From contig NC_087445.1 of NCBI RefSeq assembly GCF_036321535.1, positions 46,810,001 through 46,874,000 on the forward strand: DNA of 64,000 bases. The letters run 5' to 3'. This DNA is from Camelus dromedarius (Eukaryota). Shown here piece by piece: positions 30,699 to 42,700 of the stretch. The position numbers were made by a program, and so were the translations under genes. How positions within the stretch are numbered: the first letter of the stretch is position 1; every line of letters starts with the position of its first letter. Below the pieces are notes generated by a model. It did no database searches. It saw only the letters and a program-made list of their open reading frames with translations, and was not told where the DNA came from.

Positions 30699-30704
30699 TT
30701 TATT
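30699..30704 (-). terminator. FAM221B polyadenylation signal AATAAA
   Basis: TTTATT on +, just downstream of both alternative stop codons. Confidence 0.8.
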
Positions 30705-30721
30705 GCTGAACTGGGCCAGGC

Positions 30722-30759
30722 TCACAGAGGCCTGTGCCAGGTGTTGACAGTGTCTGTCC
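30722..30759 (-). CDS. FAM221B: Alternative terminal coding segment of FAM221B (GTDTVNTWHRPL*)
   Basis: Pyrimidine tract CTCTGCTCTTCCCTCCTCCAG, then GG ACA GAC ACT GTC AAC ACC TGG CAC AGG CCT CTG TGA. Phase 1 is compatible with exon 31123-31242. Resembles the human C-terminus as I recall it (GTDTVSNWHRPL). Confidence 0.75.
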
Positions 30760-30789
30760 CTGGAGGAGGGAAGAGCAGAGGTGAACGGG

Positions 30790-33700
30790 TCAGGGACGCA
30801 GGTTAGACATAGGACCAGGCTGGAGGCTGCGTGGGCTAGGGAGCCCAGGGGGACTAGGGTGGGGGCTGGGAGGGCAAGAGGGCCCCTCCTTCTGGAGGAT
30901 CTCGAAGTCAGAGTTGTTGATGATGGCTTCTTGGACAGTAGGCATCTCTGCAAAAGGCATATAGTCTGCTCCTGGGGAGTGGAAACCAGTGCAGGTATGG
31001 GATTCAGGGAGGGAGTGGGTGAAGCAGTCCTGGATGGGATGGCTGAGGGGAGGAGTGCCTTCCTGCCTGGCCTTCTGATTACAGACCCTGGAATGGGCCC
31101 CTGTCCAAGGTTGCCCCCTCACCGTGAGGCCTCCCTCCTCGTCGCCGGGTCTCCTCAGTTTCAAAGAAAGTCTCATGTTCCTCCCAGCGCCGGTCACAGG
31201 CAGCACAGAGAAAATTAGACTCAAAGCATCTGCAGGAACAGCCTAGGGCAAGGGAGCAGCTAAGAAAAGTACAGGGACTTGGGGCTTCCCCCAGGGCTGA
31301 CTGCATTCTCATCTCTTCCTCACCAACCATAAGCCCAAGTCTCTCCTTCCAGCTCCCCATCCTCATCCCCAAACTGTTTGCACCTATCCCTACCCCTACA
31401 CTCCCCTTGCCCTAGAAGGTACCTTTGACCCTGCAGGAATGTGACCCGGCAGCTTTGTGGTCTTCATGGCTGTGTTTGCAGCGACATTGGGCCCTCCAAG
31501 CCCTGGGGTCAAAGGTGGTCCGTCTCTTGAGCCAGAACTCACCCACCTCCTCTGGGCGTGATGGGATAAAGCAGAACATGAGGCAGCGGCACTGGCCCAC
31601 GTTGCAGGGCACAGATATGTCTGTGGAGAAGGGGGCAGTGGTAGGATTAGACCAGGACCCGCTAGGGCTTGGCCTGTCTTCCCCCAAACAAACATACACA
31701 CACATTTGCTCTCAGACCTCCCAACACACAACAAAGGGCGGTTCTCGCTCCACACGGACAAGGGATGGTCGCTTCTCCCCTACCTGAGATAATATGATGC
31801 TCTCTCAACAAGTGTCCACAAAAGCACTTGGACTCATCCCCAATCTGGAAACAGTCCCATAGATAATGGGGGCAGCGCCAGCCAATGTAGAGACCTGGGT
31901 GTGGAGGACTGAGTAAGAAGGAAAAATTACCCAAGCTCCCCCCGTGTGTTATCTATCTCAACCACCAGTCTTCATCCCTACCCCATTAGACTTTTTTCCT
32001 CAAGGTTTTCTCAATGCCCAACAAGTGTCTTCAGATCCCTTCTCACCCTGGAATCTACTCCATCTGTGTCTGCCTGTCAGAAGTGACTGAAGACAGTCCA
32101 GTTCTGAGCAAGAAGATTATCAGTGAAGTTTTATTTGATGATGAACATGTATCTCGCTGAATTCTCTGTGACTGTGGGAATTCTCAATCTCTCCTCCCAA
32201 CATTAGAGTCAAACTTAGCTTTGTTTCCTTGAAGTGTTTAAGGTGAGGGAAAGGGAAGAGGACTGGTCAGGTGCAGAGTAGATGGTGGGGACTGGCTCCT
32301 CAGGAGCATGGTATGCAAGGGCCTTGAAGTGGGGGAGGTGGTTGGGCAGCCCTGATGCCAGGAGGCAGGAGGAGGGCTTCTCTCACTTCTCCAGGTTGTC
32401 ACCTTCATACTTTGCTTCTGTGTTCCTGGTGTTACTGAACTAATGCCTTCTATGAACTTGAGAAGGGCTGCCTATGGCTCTCCAAGGGTAGGAGCAAGGG
32501 GGAGGCCAGAAGTCATGATTGGCGGAGAGCAAAAATTATATAAGCATGTGAGACTAAGAAAGGAGGCATGGAAAGGCAGGTGAGCCTAAGATGCATCCCT
32601 GAGAGCAGGCACCAGCAAGAGACCACAACCCCCGAAAGCATGGTTTCAGCAGTGAGGTCTGAAACTGTTTGGCTTGACGGTCAGTCTCACCACAAGGCAA
32701 GGGTGGTGCGGTGTAAATGTGGGAGGCACTTCCCACTCAGATTTCCTTATCCTCCACAAGAGCTGAGGGTACTTCTAGCCAAGAATCTTGTCTGCATCCC
32801 CAAGGAGTGGGACCTTTAGCTGTGGGACTCTTATTCCCATTTAAAGGCAATGAAGGCACCTCCACAAAAAGTTGTCCTTGACTTCCCCTGTCTGTCTGGG
32901 GGCCCCTCCTCTTGCCTTCCATGGCTCCTTGTGCTACTCCTATGCCAGTTCAGTGCATTACAATGGACTGTTCACTTGTATTCCCATTAGCCTGTGAGTT
33001 TCTCCAAGGAAGGCCTGTCTTTTCATCTATGTCTTTAGTCCTAACATAGGATCTGGCACAAAATAGGTGCTTAGAGAACATGAATTGCTTGGCTAAATAA
33101 ATGAGCAGATTCCTTCAGGAGGAAGAGACACCCAGTACTCCTGACAAAGCCTGAAGTTCCATAAGGAGAATGAGAAAGAGTTAGTGTCCTGCGGTCTTTG
33201 ACTCTGGCCAGGGCCACAGTATACAATTCTGTGCCTAATTGTCAGACTAGGTTTTCTTGTCTTACCCATGGTCTCTGGGGATCTGAAGCCTGACCAGATG
33301 TGGCTTTTGCCTTTGATGCTTCTGTCTTGACACTGACAGCCCGTAGTGTCAATGCCCCTTTACATCAGGGAAGCTTGGTTGAAAGGGCAGAGTGTGGACA
33401 AAGTCACAATGGAGGTGCGAGGGGGCCAGGATTCCACTAGAGGAATTCTGAACTCTGTCTGGAATAGCAGGAAGCAGTGGATGAACAGATGAGGTGCAGA
33501 GGTGAACAAGGGTTAGTGCCCATTGATCAAGGCCTGGCCTGAGGGCCTGGGAGAGTCAAGTTCAAGCACCAATGTGGGAGTCATTGCCCAGTTTCAGATG
33601 AATAAGACTAGAGTTTGAATCAGAATGGCAACTACACCTCAGACTCTGTTACAGGTGTCTGTGCCCTTAAAGTGGGACAACTGACCACTTGGCTGTGTAT

Positions 33701-36700
33701 TCCGGCAGAAAGCCTTCTACTCTGCCGTGATTCCAAACCTTCTTCCTGTTATAATTAGACAAAGATTGGCAGGGGGAGGAGACATTATCTGGGACACTAT
33801 TTTGACTCTGCACAACACAGTCAATCCCACAGTCACAGTCTCATTTGCATGATAATATCTCTTTATGCTTAGAACATCACACAACATACAGCTGTCTTTA
33901 TGTGAAAGATGTCTTCAGCCTGGACCTCTCTCCTAAGCTTTAGACCCAAATAGCCAGCTTTCTACTATTCTACCAGCCTTTTCCACAAGCTCTGCAAATG
34001 TGTTATAACCAATGATTCCTTCCAGACTTGGCCCTCATCCTTTGTCCTCCGTTCACCCAACACATATTAAACACCTACACTGTTTTAGGCATTCAGTTAA
34101 TAGCACCATCATCCAATCAGTAACTAAAGCCAAAAACCTCGGTGACATTCCAGGCATGTCCCTCTGTCTTATCCTACACATCCAATGATTCAATGATCAA
34201 TTTTACCTTCTTAGCATTTCTTGAATCAGTCTACTTCTCTTTACCTCTGCCCATCCACTTCTCACCTGGTTTATTACCAGTGCCCCACACTGTAGTCTTC
34301 CTGTCCCCAGTCTTGTCTCTCTCCAGGCTATCCTACTGCCAGAAGATCTTTCAAAAATACAAATTTGTTCATGTTATTATCCTATTTAAATTTTTTTTTT
34401 TTTTAGTGAATCTCAGTTGCCCTCAGGATATAATCCCAACTTTTGAGTTTGGCACAGAAATGCCTGTGCAGTTCTGCCTTTCTGGTGCCTAGCTAGGCTC
34501 CTCTGGCCATTGCTCTCCGCAGCGGTGTACTGCATTGCTCACAGTTTCCTACTGGTGCCTTGCCCTGTTGTGTCACCTTACACCACTTTGTACCTGGCCA
34601 CCTCTTCTTACTCATCTCACAGATTTTGGCCGAGAAATCATCCCTCCCCCAAGTCCCCAAGACTAGGTGCCCCTTTTCTCTGCTCATGCAGGACTCTGGG
34701 CTGACCTCAATCATAGCAATTATGAAAATGAGTTATAATTATTCATTTACTTATCGGTATCTCTTATTAGAGTACAAATTGTTTCAGGGATTTTTGTCTT
34801 TGAAATCCCACCAGCATCACCACTTCCACAGCTAGCCCAATGCCTGGCATGTAGTTGGAGCTCAATAAATACTGAATGAATAAAAGAAAAGCTTACACTT
34901 GATATTTCTCTATACATCACATATACTGTGATGGAGTCCCTTGGTGTCTCTAGGGACTCAAGTTCCCCAATATTCGAAGGCAGCCCCAAATATCTTTGTT
35001 TAGGATTGAATGACACTTAAATTTCTGTATAAAACTGCCAGTTTAAACAGGAAAATGAAGAAGTTCAGTCTGAAGAGGAAATGCAGTGGCTTTGAAGAGT
35101 AGGGAGTAGATCGGAGGTTCTGAGAAGGAGGAGACTGAACAGACCCTGCATTTGCAAGAAGAATAAGTAAGCATGACAGAGGATGTTCAATAAGCAAAGC
35201 CATTTCAATGCCTGAACGAGGCTGAGAAACAAATGAGATCACTCTGACTTTCTTGGCCCGGTATGGGAATAAGGCAAGTAAATTACATGAAGGAGAGATA
35301 AGGACATAGAATTACCCAGTTATCTTTATATCTTAGGCTCATCTAGGTTTGACATAAGGGAAAAGGAAGTATGAGAGATGAAAACAAATACAGTGATATC
35401 TATTGTGTTCAGTCTAGAAGCCCCAGAATCCTTATAACAGGTCAGGGTGGCCCTCTTACTGAAGGGAATTCCTATAGATACAAAGTTCAGTGACACAGGT
35501 GCATGTGCTCACACACAGGATGGCATGTGTTCACACGATTTTTCTGAATACCCTTTACACAGATGCAGGTAAGCCCAGCATGCCATTAACAGGACAGGTA
35601 TTCATTCTGGGCTGAGACTTGGAATCAATAGGGTGAGAAGACATGGCTCTCCTCTTTGGTGAGGAAACTCAAAGCTTTGGGTTCCCAGGTGATCATGGGT
35701 CTAGCATGCAAGGGTGACAGCCTTTTAATGGAGTTCCACCAAGGGGACTAAGGCCTTTTGCCATGTCAGAGCAACAAGTCTCCGGGAAACTGTCCAGGGT
35801 CCTCGGCCAACTCAGCCTTAGGGTCTGCTCAGTGCAGGCTATCTGAGTCCTAGATCTGGGGCTGGCCTGTTGTGGTCCTTCTGTTTTTAACTGAACTAGC
35901 CACCTGTTCCTGCCTGGGCTTTTTATGAATATCCCTACTTTTTGTCTGCATCTCCCCTCATCTACCCTGGCCTAACTGCCTGCTCCACCAACCACCCCAC
36001 CTACTCCCAGACCTAGTCTAGGCAGGTAGCATTGCCATTCCCACAAGGAGTAGCTGTCCATTGAACAAGCAGGTTCCTAGATCCTGTTGGATTGGAGGAT
36101 GGCCATGGGCCTGTCACGGGCCTCTGAAAGGCTGCCTGGGCTCACCTGTCTGGATGGCATTCAGGGCTGCATCCTTCTCCCATTGGAAAAGATAATCCAC
36201 CCGAGCACCAGACTTCTCTCTGTGCAGTGCCTTAGCCACTTTCGCCAGGTTTGCCTGCTTAGCAGGGATCATTGGGTGGACTGTGTAACCTAGGGAGGGA
36301 GGGGCTGAGTAACTAAGGGGAGGTGAGGAGGCTCGAAAATTGAGAGAAGGGGCCCAGTCAAAGAGTAACCCAATCCCCTCCTGCTGGGGCAGGTCAAAGA
36401 CAGTGCTGAGAAAGGGGGAAGGGCTGGAGCAATTACGGCTGATTCCCTTCTTCCCCTTCTTCTTGCCCGGCTTCTGTTCAGGCTGAGCTGTGTGAGTGGT
36501 GCTGTCTGTGGCATCCACCCTTTTCTCGCCCTCTTCTTCCTCTTCCCCCTCTTTTGCAGGTGTGTCCAGGTGGAGTGAGGCTGGAGGGCCTGAAAGGGAG
36601 TGCTTTTGAAGGCTCTCAGAGTCAGTGGTCTGGATGGAGTCCAAGGAAGACTCAAAGGGCTCTTCCTTCGGATCATCAGAGAAAGATGCAGGGACCTGGC

Positions 36701-37112
36701 TTAGTGATGAGGTATGAAAAGTAAGGTGTTTCTCTGCGATGTCAGAGATGTGAGTCCCCAACAGGATCTCAGGGTTAGGGGTCTCCAGAGAGACCTCAGA
36801 GGTAGAGTGTCCTAAAGGGGTTTCTGGGATGGAAGGCTTTAAAGGGGTTTCAGAGTTATCGGTCTTTAAAGGAGTCTCAGAGATGGAAGGCTCCAAAGGG
36901 GTTTCAGAGGTGTGGGTCTCTAACGGGACCTGGGAAATAGATGGCGTCATATGAGATTCAGAGTCAAAGGGCTCTAAAGGGGTTTCAGAGATGGGAGGCT
37001 CTTCAGGGATAGGGGGCTCCCGTGAGTCCTCAGCGGAGGAGTCCTTTGAAGAAAGGTGCTCTTCTGCATCCATGGTGGTATGAGGCTCTTCTGTGACCTT
37101 GTCTGCTTCCAT
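30790..37112 (-). CDS. FAM221B: FAM221B (DUF4475 Cys-rich domain), 6 coding exons; long-tail form 476 aa
   Basis: Exons 36437-37112 (ATG directly follows an AG acceptor, so exon 1 is non-coding; alternative GC donor ends the exon at 36467), 36146-36289, 31784-31894, 31423-31620, 31123-31242, 30790-30971. Cys-rich domain GLYIGWRCPHYLWDCFQIGDESKCFCGHLLREH...CRCKHSHEDH...FLCAACDRRWEEH. Confidence 0.93.
33890..34480 (+). mobile_element. L2 fragment
   Basis: AGCCTGGACCTCTCTCCTAAGCTTTAGACCC...ATAGCACCATCATCCAATCAGT...AAAACCTCGG pattern. Confidence 0.6.
36760..37010 (-). repeat. Degenerate 27-bp (9-aa SETPLEPSI-like) coding repeat in FAM221B
   Basis: Recurrent (A)AAGGGGTTTCAGAG / SETPL-E/K motifs at ~27-bp period. 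Confidence 0.8.
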
Positions 37113-37609
37113 CTAGTGGTAGAACAGGGTACATGTTTCATTAGGTTGGGATTGGAGGGTCTGCAAAGTCAGGATTCACAGGGGGCTCTGGAATTAGGAT
37201 AAGGTTTTCAGTGTACCCGAGATACAAGGGGGAAGCCAGGTGAGCTCTGGGTCAGGGTACAGTGCCAGGAGGTTAACTTATGTGCCTAGACTCCATATGG
37301 CATACTAGAAGGCTGAAGCAGTCTGAATCCCATCAGTACATGGTAGCAGAGGAGGGGGCCTGAACATAGTATCTTGGCTAGTCCAAGGACAGGGTTCTGG
37401 GCATACCTGAGGGCAATGCAGGTCAGGCTAGGGACTTCTAAAGGCTGGGAATACCAAGCCAAAGTTGGGGTTTGCTCGCAAGAGTGCAGGAGGATACATT
37501 AGGCAGGGCCCAATATGATTTTTTTTCCCCAGTTGGTCTTTCATGGAACCTAGACATCTTTTTTTTTTAAATTATTCACAGTCTAGTTTTGCCCAGGGAC
37601 ACCCCCTCA

Positions 37610-38300
37610 CCCACCAACCCTAGGTGAGATCATTCATGTTCAGGTTTTCAGCTATATCCAAGTGTATGATGATGACTCCTAAATCCATATTTCCAGCTTA
37701 GACCTCTTTAAACCCCTGTACTTAGTCATAACCAATTGCCTGCTGGACATTGCTAAATGGATGTCCCATAGGGCATCAAAACTGAACTCTGAGATTTATC
37801 CTTTCCCCTCAGCCCTCATCTTCAAATAGGCACCAATAACTATATTTCCTATCTTCTAAATATCCCCCAAATCCATTCTCTCCTCTCCTTTCCCGCCAAT
37901 TTTGTTCAAGTTCTTGTCATTTTCTACCTGGATTATGTAATAACTTTGCCCCTCTGTTGCCTTCCCCAGCATATTAATCCACTCACCTATTCTTTCATTG
38001 ATTTATGTAACTTCTTCTTTTACAAAGAACTTAATCTTATCACTTTTATTCAGGCACTGGACTCAGTAGAGAGAATCTGGGAAGGAGACAGGTTAACCAA
38101 AATGACAATACAAATGAGCTGGTGTTATGCTGAGGTAAGCCCAGGATTCTGTGGGGAGTGGACTGTGCCTAATTTATCTTGGGAGGATGTCCAAGAGGGG
38201 TCAGCCGTCCTTAACGACCCAAGCAAGACCTTTCTAAAATGCAAACCCGACAATGGCATTCCCTTGCTTAAAAACACTCAGTGACTCTGGCTAGGAATTG
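37610..38300. mobile_element. L2 fragments
   Basis: TATGATGATGACTCCTAAATCCATATTTCCAGC...CCTGCTGGACATT...GGATGTCCCATAGGGCATC and AAATGCAAACCCGACAATGGCATTCCCTTGCTTAAAA. Confidence 0.6.
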
Positions 38301-39021
38301 GGTCCAAATTTCTTGGCCCTGACACTCAAGGCCTGTCATCTTTTGCAACATTGCCTAAGGAGTCCAGCCTTACTTAACTTCTGCTGCTCTCTAATATGGC
38401 CCATGCTCCAGAGATATTACATTAATAATTTCTTAAACTCATCGGGGCCTTTCCATAGGAGAAGGGGACAGCAAGTAGGGGAAAGGTAGGATGATGGGGT
38501 GGAAAATGGCCAGATCTTCAGCAAGAGGAAAAGGGGGCCTGAGGGTGAAGAACCGGAGGATGGGAGGAGGGGACTGAGTGGAGAAACGTGGGGGACATGG
38601 GGAATGGGGAAGATAAGGATGAAAAGTGGAGAGGGGTAGGGGGTTGGACTGAGGTAGGTAGGAAGGGACAGAAGGAATTAGGACAGAATGGGAGGATTTG
38701 GAGGAGGAGGCATTTGAGAGACTACATATCTCTGGGCTTTGTCTTGGCTGTTACAAGTCCTTACGTAGGGTCTTGTCTGAAGTCGGGAAGGGGCAGTGTT
38801 GGTCCCGAGGGTGAGAAGGCTCTTAACCGTGGATGAGCCCTGGCTGCAGGCGCTGTTGGTGAGAGGCCTTGCTTGCAAGTCTACGACTTAGGGAGGGGAC
38901 TTGGACACCTGCAGAAATTCACAAAGGAACTCTGGCCAGATCTGAGGAAAGGTGTGAGGGGGAGGGATGATGAGGAGCTTGACTAAAGCCTCTGGAACCC
39001 GGGCCAGGAGTGGAGGGATCC

Positions 39022-39063
39022 GTCACCAGGGCAACCTGAACGCCCAGCAGTCTCCTTGGCAAC
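39022..39063. promoter_or_regulatory. Tandem RFX X-boxes, probable FAM221B promoter region
   Basis: GTCACCAGGGCAAC at 39022-39035 and GTCTCCTTGGCAAC at 39050-39063. Confidence 0.7.
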
Positions 39064-39410
39064 AGCAGTCTGGTCACCGCCCCGGTGAGTAAGGTCTCCT
39101 GAGGGGGCTGCAATGGACCCGGAGGGGACAAACCTAGAGAGTTCACTTCTTTTAAGGGGGTTTTGTGGGATTTTTGTGAGACTCTGTGAGAGTCTCTGGG
39201 TAGGGTCTGCAGATCTCTGTGGGGACGTTGTGGGTGTCTGGGTTTGTGAGGTTCTCTGTAGGGCTCCTATGAGTTGTCTGTTGTGTGGTCAGTGGGGGCT
39301 ATGAGGATCTGATGGGGGCATCTGGGCTTCGCAGTTGGGGTGAGAGACACAAGGGCTCTGGTAGCTGGGGCTGGGGCAGTCTGTCCTCGAGCCCCCAGGG
39401 CCAAGTTAGA

Positions 39411-39493
39411 GACCAATAGACTAGGGCCGGGGGCGGGCTTTACTAACAAGGACCAATAGAATTAATCGAGGGGCGGAGCACCATATGACGTCA
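39411..39493 (+). promoter_or_regulatory. FAM221B/TMEM8B bidirectional core promoter: two CCAAT boxes, two GC boxes, consensus CRE
   Basis: GACCAATAGA at 39411 and 39451, GGGCGG at ~39431 and 39471, TGACGTCA at 39486-39493. CpG island continues to ~39800. Confidence 0.8.
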
Positions 39494-39723
39494 GGCCGAG
39501 GCCGCCGCCGCCGCGGGGCCTGGTTATCGCCGGTCCAGCGCAGCCCGGAGTCGCCCAGGCCTGAACTCCTACCCAGGTCCCCGGCCCGACCCCAGCCGAC
39601 CCGACCCCGGCCCCGGGCCCGCGAGAACACCGGAGACACCCCCCGGGGGGTGGGAGCGGAGCCGCGGGTCAGCTCTGCGAGCGCCCCGCGCTGGCCTGTC
39701 CGGCCCCGCCCCCGCCCCGGGCC

Positions 39724-42700
39724 ATGGCCCAGCCCTTGTCCCGGCCCCTTGTCCTATCCTCATCCAGGCCTTGGCCCCCGACCCCGCCCTCGCCCCGCTT
39801 TCCACATCAGGTCCAGCTCCGGCCTGGGTCCCAGCGAATGCCCAGATTCGGGTCCCAACTCAGGTTCCCCTTCCAGTCCCAATCCCAGTCCCTGGCCTGG
39901 CACCCATCCCAGCCCCTGCCCCTGTTTCACCTCTTTTCCCAAATCCCAGCCCAGCCCCTGTCCCAACCCCATTCACAATATTTGCTTAAGCCTGGGGCCC
40001 AACCCTTGCCTTTGCTCCAGTCCCAACCACAGCCCCTCCTTCCATCACATCCCCTGCCCTTGTACAAGCCCCAGTGTCCAGCCCAGCCCAACTCTGTATC
40101 CCAGCCTTTGCCCTCATCTCTGTGTTTACCCAAGTCTCTCCCACTGCCCACCCCTCTCTCTCATACCCTGCCCCTCTCCCAGCCTCGACTCAGGTCTGGG
40201 CTCCAGCTGCCACCAGCCTTATTGCTGCTGTTGCTGTTGTCTGTCCTTGGCCCAGGGGCTGGTGAGTGCAGAAACAGGAAAGACTGAGGCAGGGATGGGG
40301 TTCTGGCAGGGACGGGTGGACTGGAGGGATTCAGCAGAGGTGGGACCTGGGCAACTAGATCATTGGCGAAGAAGAGAGGAGTAGGGAGGAGAGAAGTCTT
40401 ACGTAACTGAGAGGAATTGGGAGGGTCAGAAGAGCAGTAACTGTGGATTTGAGGCTCAGCAGGTGGCTGATAGTCCCAAAGACAGAGACTCCAAGGTTTT
40501 CTTTCTTGGCGTCCATCCTGTCTCCACTTTGACCCTTGCTTTTCCAAGAAAGTCTTGAGGGCTTTGCTCCTGCTCATGAAGTTTGATGGGGGAGACATAG
40601 TCCCCCAGCAGAGAGCCTCTAGTCCATGTGGGAAGATCTGGACTAACCCTTTGAGGTACTGGGCATGCATTAAAACAGGTTGAGAAAGCTCTTTTGAAGA
40701 TAAATGTGTAGCAAACAGATGGACGTGGATTAGTTGCCATTATAATGAGTTTAACTCTTGTCACAAGTCTCCTTTCAAATAAGCTTGATTTGCCTAGGAA
40801 TAATTCCTGACGCTTTTAGAGCAGGGTTGAAACTCGGAGACCATTTTACAGATGGAGAAACTGAGGCTCAGCAAGGGATCAGTTTGCCCAAGGTCATACA
40901 GCTGGTCAGTGGCAGGTCTGGTGCTAGAAAAAGTTTTCCTAATTCCTATTCCATACTAGTGGGTTTTTTTCCCCCCCACTGCAATAGGAAAACAGATCTA
41001 AGTGCAGAAAGACTCAAAGCACAGCCTATCCTCTCCCCTGTCTGCCCACAAGGGGGCTTCATCCACAAACTCCTCATTTGCCAGTTGTCAGCCCAGGGCC
41101 ACCATCCAGTGAGGAAGTGACTCTGATAGGAGAGGGGGATACCCAACTTCCTAATGGGTGGAATGTGGGAGGAGGAGGGGGTCCTGGCTGTAGGAGATGT
41201 GCCATAAAGATCAGTCTGTAATAGAGAGTCTTCATAGCCCCAACCCCCAGCCATCTCTGGTGGGTGGCTCTCTAGATGGAATGAAGATGTACCCAAGAAG
41301 TCTTCAGCAGTAACAACTAGCAGAGAAACTGGGGGTGGGGGCTGCATTTCAGTGAGCTCTGGGGCCCTGGTTCAATGCCCAAGCTTGAGGAGATCGATGC
41401 ACGCTAAAGCTTGCTGCCCCTGCAGAGATGTGCAAGCTCTATGTGGGTGCTCACTGTTATCTGGGCACTTATGTGTCTGTGTGTGTACCTGAGGGGTCTG
41501 TGGGAATGCTGGGCATGTGCAGTATGTGTATATGCTTGTGGGTTGGTGAGCGTAGGCACGTGTGTGTTGTGTGGGGTGCATGTGAGCCCATGTGTCCTTA
41601 GTGCCTGTGTTGTTGTGTGAGGGGAGCTACACGTTGTGGCCTATGCATGCTCCTTTTCAGCTCTTCTTGCTCCTCCTGTAGACAGATTACTAAAGCGTCA
41701 CCTTCCAAGTGGATGATCCCTTCCTTGGTTGGAGGCAATACTGGATGCCTCCCACAACATACATAAATAACCCATCTGCCCCCATCCAGGTCAGTTTTTC
41801 AATTGGGGTGAGAGGGAGTCCATTCTGTTGAGCCCAATTAATAGCTTCCATCCCTGCCCCCGCAGCTTCTTTGTTCATGAGCCCATTGAGCTAACACTGG
41901 GCTGACTAGGAGAGCAGGGTGACTGACAGCCATGGAGTTGTAGGAAGTTGAGAGGTGTGGATTAAAACAGAACTGTCCAGGAGCAGGTTCATGTGCTTCG
42001 GGAGGATTGTAATGAGGTTGGAAAAGAGCACTGACTAGGCCTCACAGCAGGCAGGGCTGCCCTGACTGCTGTTACTAGTTGCTGGCCTGCAGGGGTGCTC
42101 TGTGACCTGGTGGTGGTGATAGGTTTTGCCTGAGGAGAGGCTGGCAGTATCACAGGACCATGATAGCACAGTCAGCCTCAGTATATCCTCAGTCTTTTCC
42201 TTAGACTTGTCTGACTGCAGTTGCATAACCCAGGAATGCCTTGCCATTATAGGAAATGACCTTTTGTTCTATTGTGTGCTGTGACTAGCAGGACCAGCTT
42301 CAGCCTATGTGTATGTGTGTGTGTGAGAGAGACAGAGACAGAGACAGAGGTGGTGATGGAGAATCACCCTGGCCTCATCCGGAAGTACTGGCACATTCAG
42401 GACAGGTTCATCTGAGCTTGGTTAGGTGCTTCCTCTGGGACCCAGCTCTGGAGGCCCTAGTGAAACCCTGAACCAAAGCTTGGAGTGAATGGGGCTGTGT
42501 TCGCTTTCTCAAACATCTGCCCTCAGAACGTCTGTGTTCCTTCCAGCAAGCCCAGCTGCTTTTTATTCACTTTTCCCACCAGCCTATCCTGTGACCTCTG
42601 TAGCCCCTCGCTGCTTTGAGGTGGTGTAACTAGTTACCCAATTCTCCAGTCCATGCCTTGTTCTTTTCATCACAGGGCTCTTTGTGCACGTCTGTCCATT

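Noticed and set aside
38765-39000. Candidate non-coding exon 1 of FAM221B (minus donor TAC|GTAAGG at 38764)
   Set aside because: Plausible, but boundaries cannot be fixed without transcript data, so it is not listed as a feature.
39485-40384. 299-aa alternative-frame ORF overlapping TMEM8B exon 1
   Set aside because: Its ATG overlaps the CRE and is probably upstream of the TSS; C-rich composition explains the lack of stops. Ribo-seq could revisit it.
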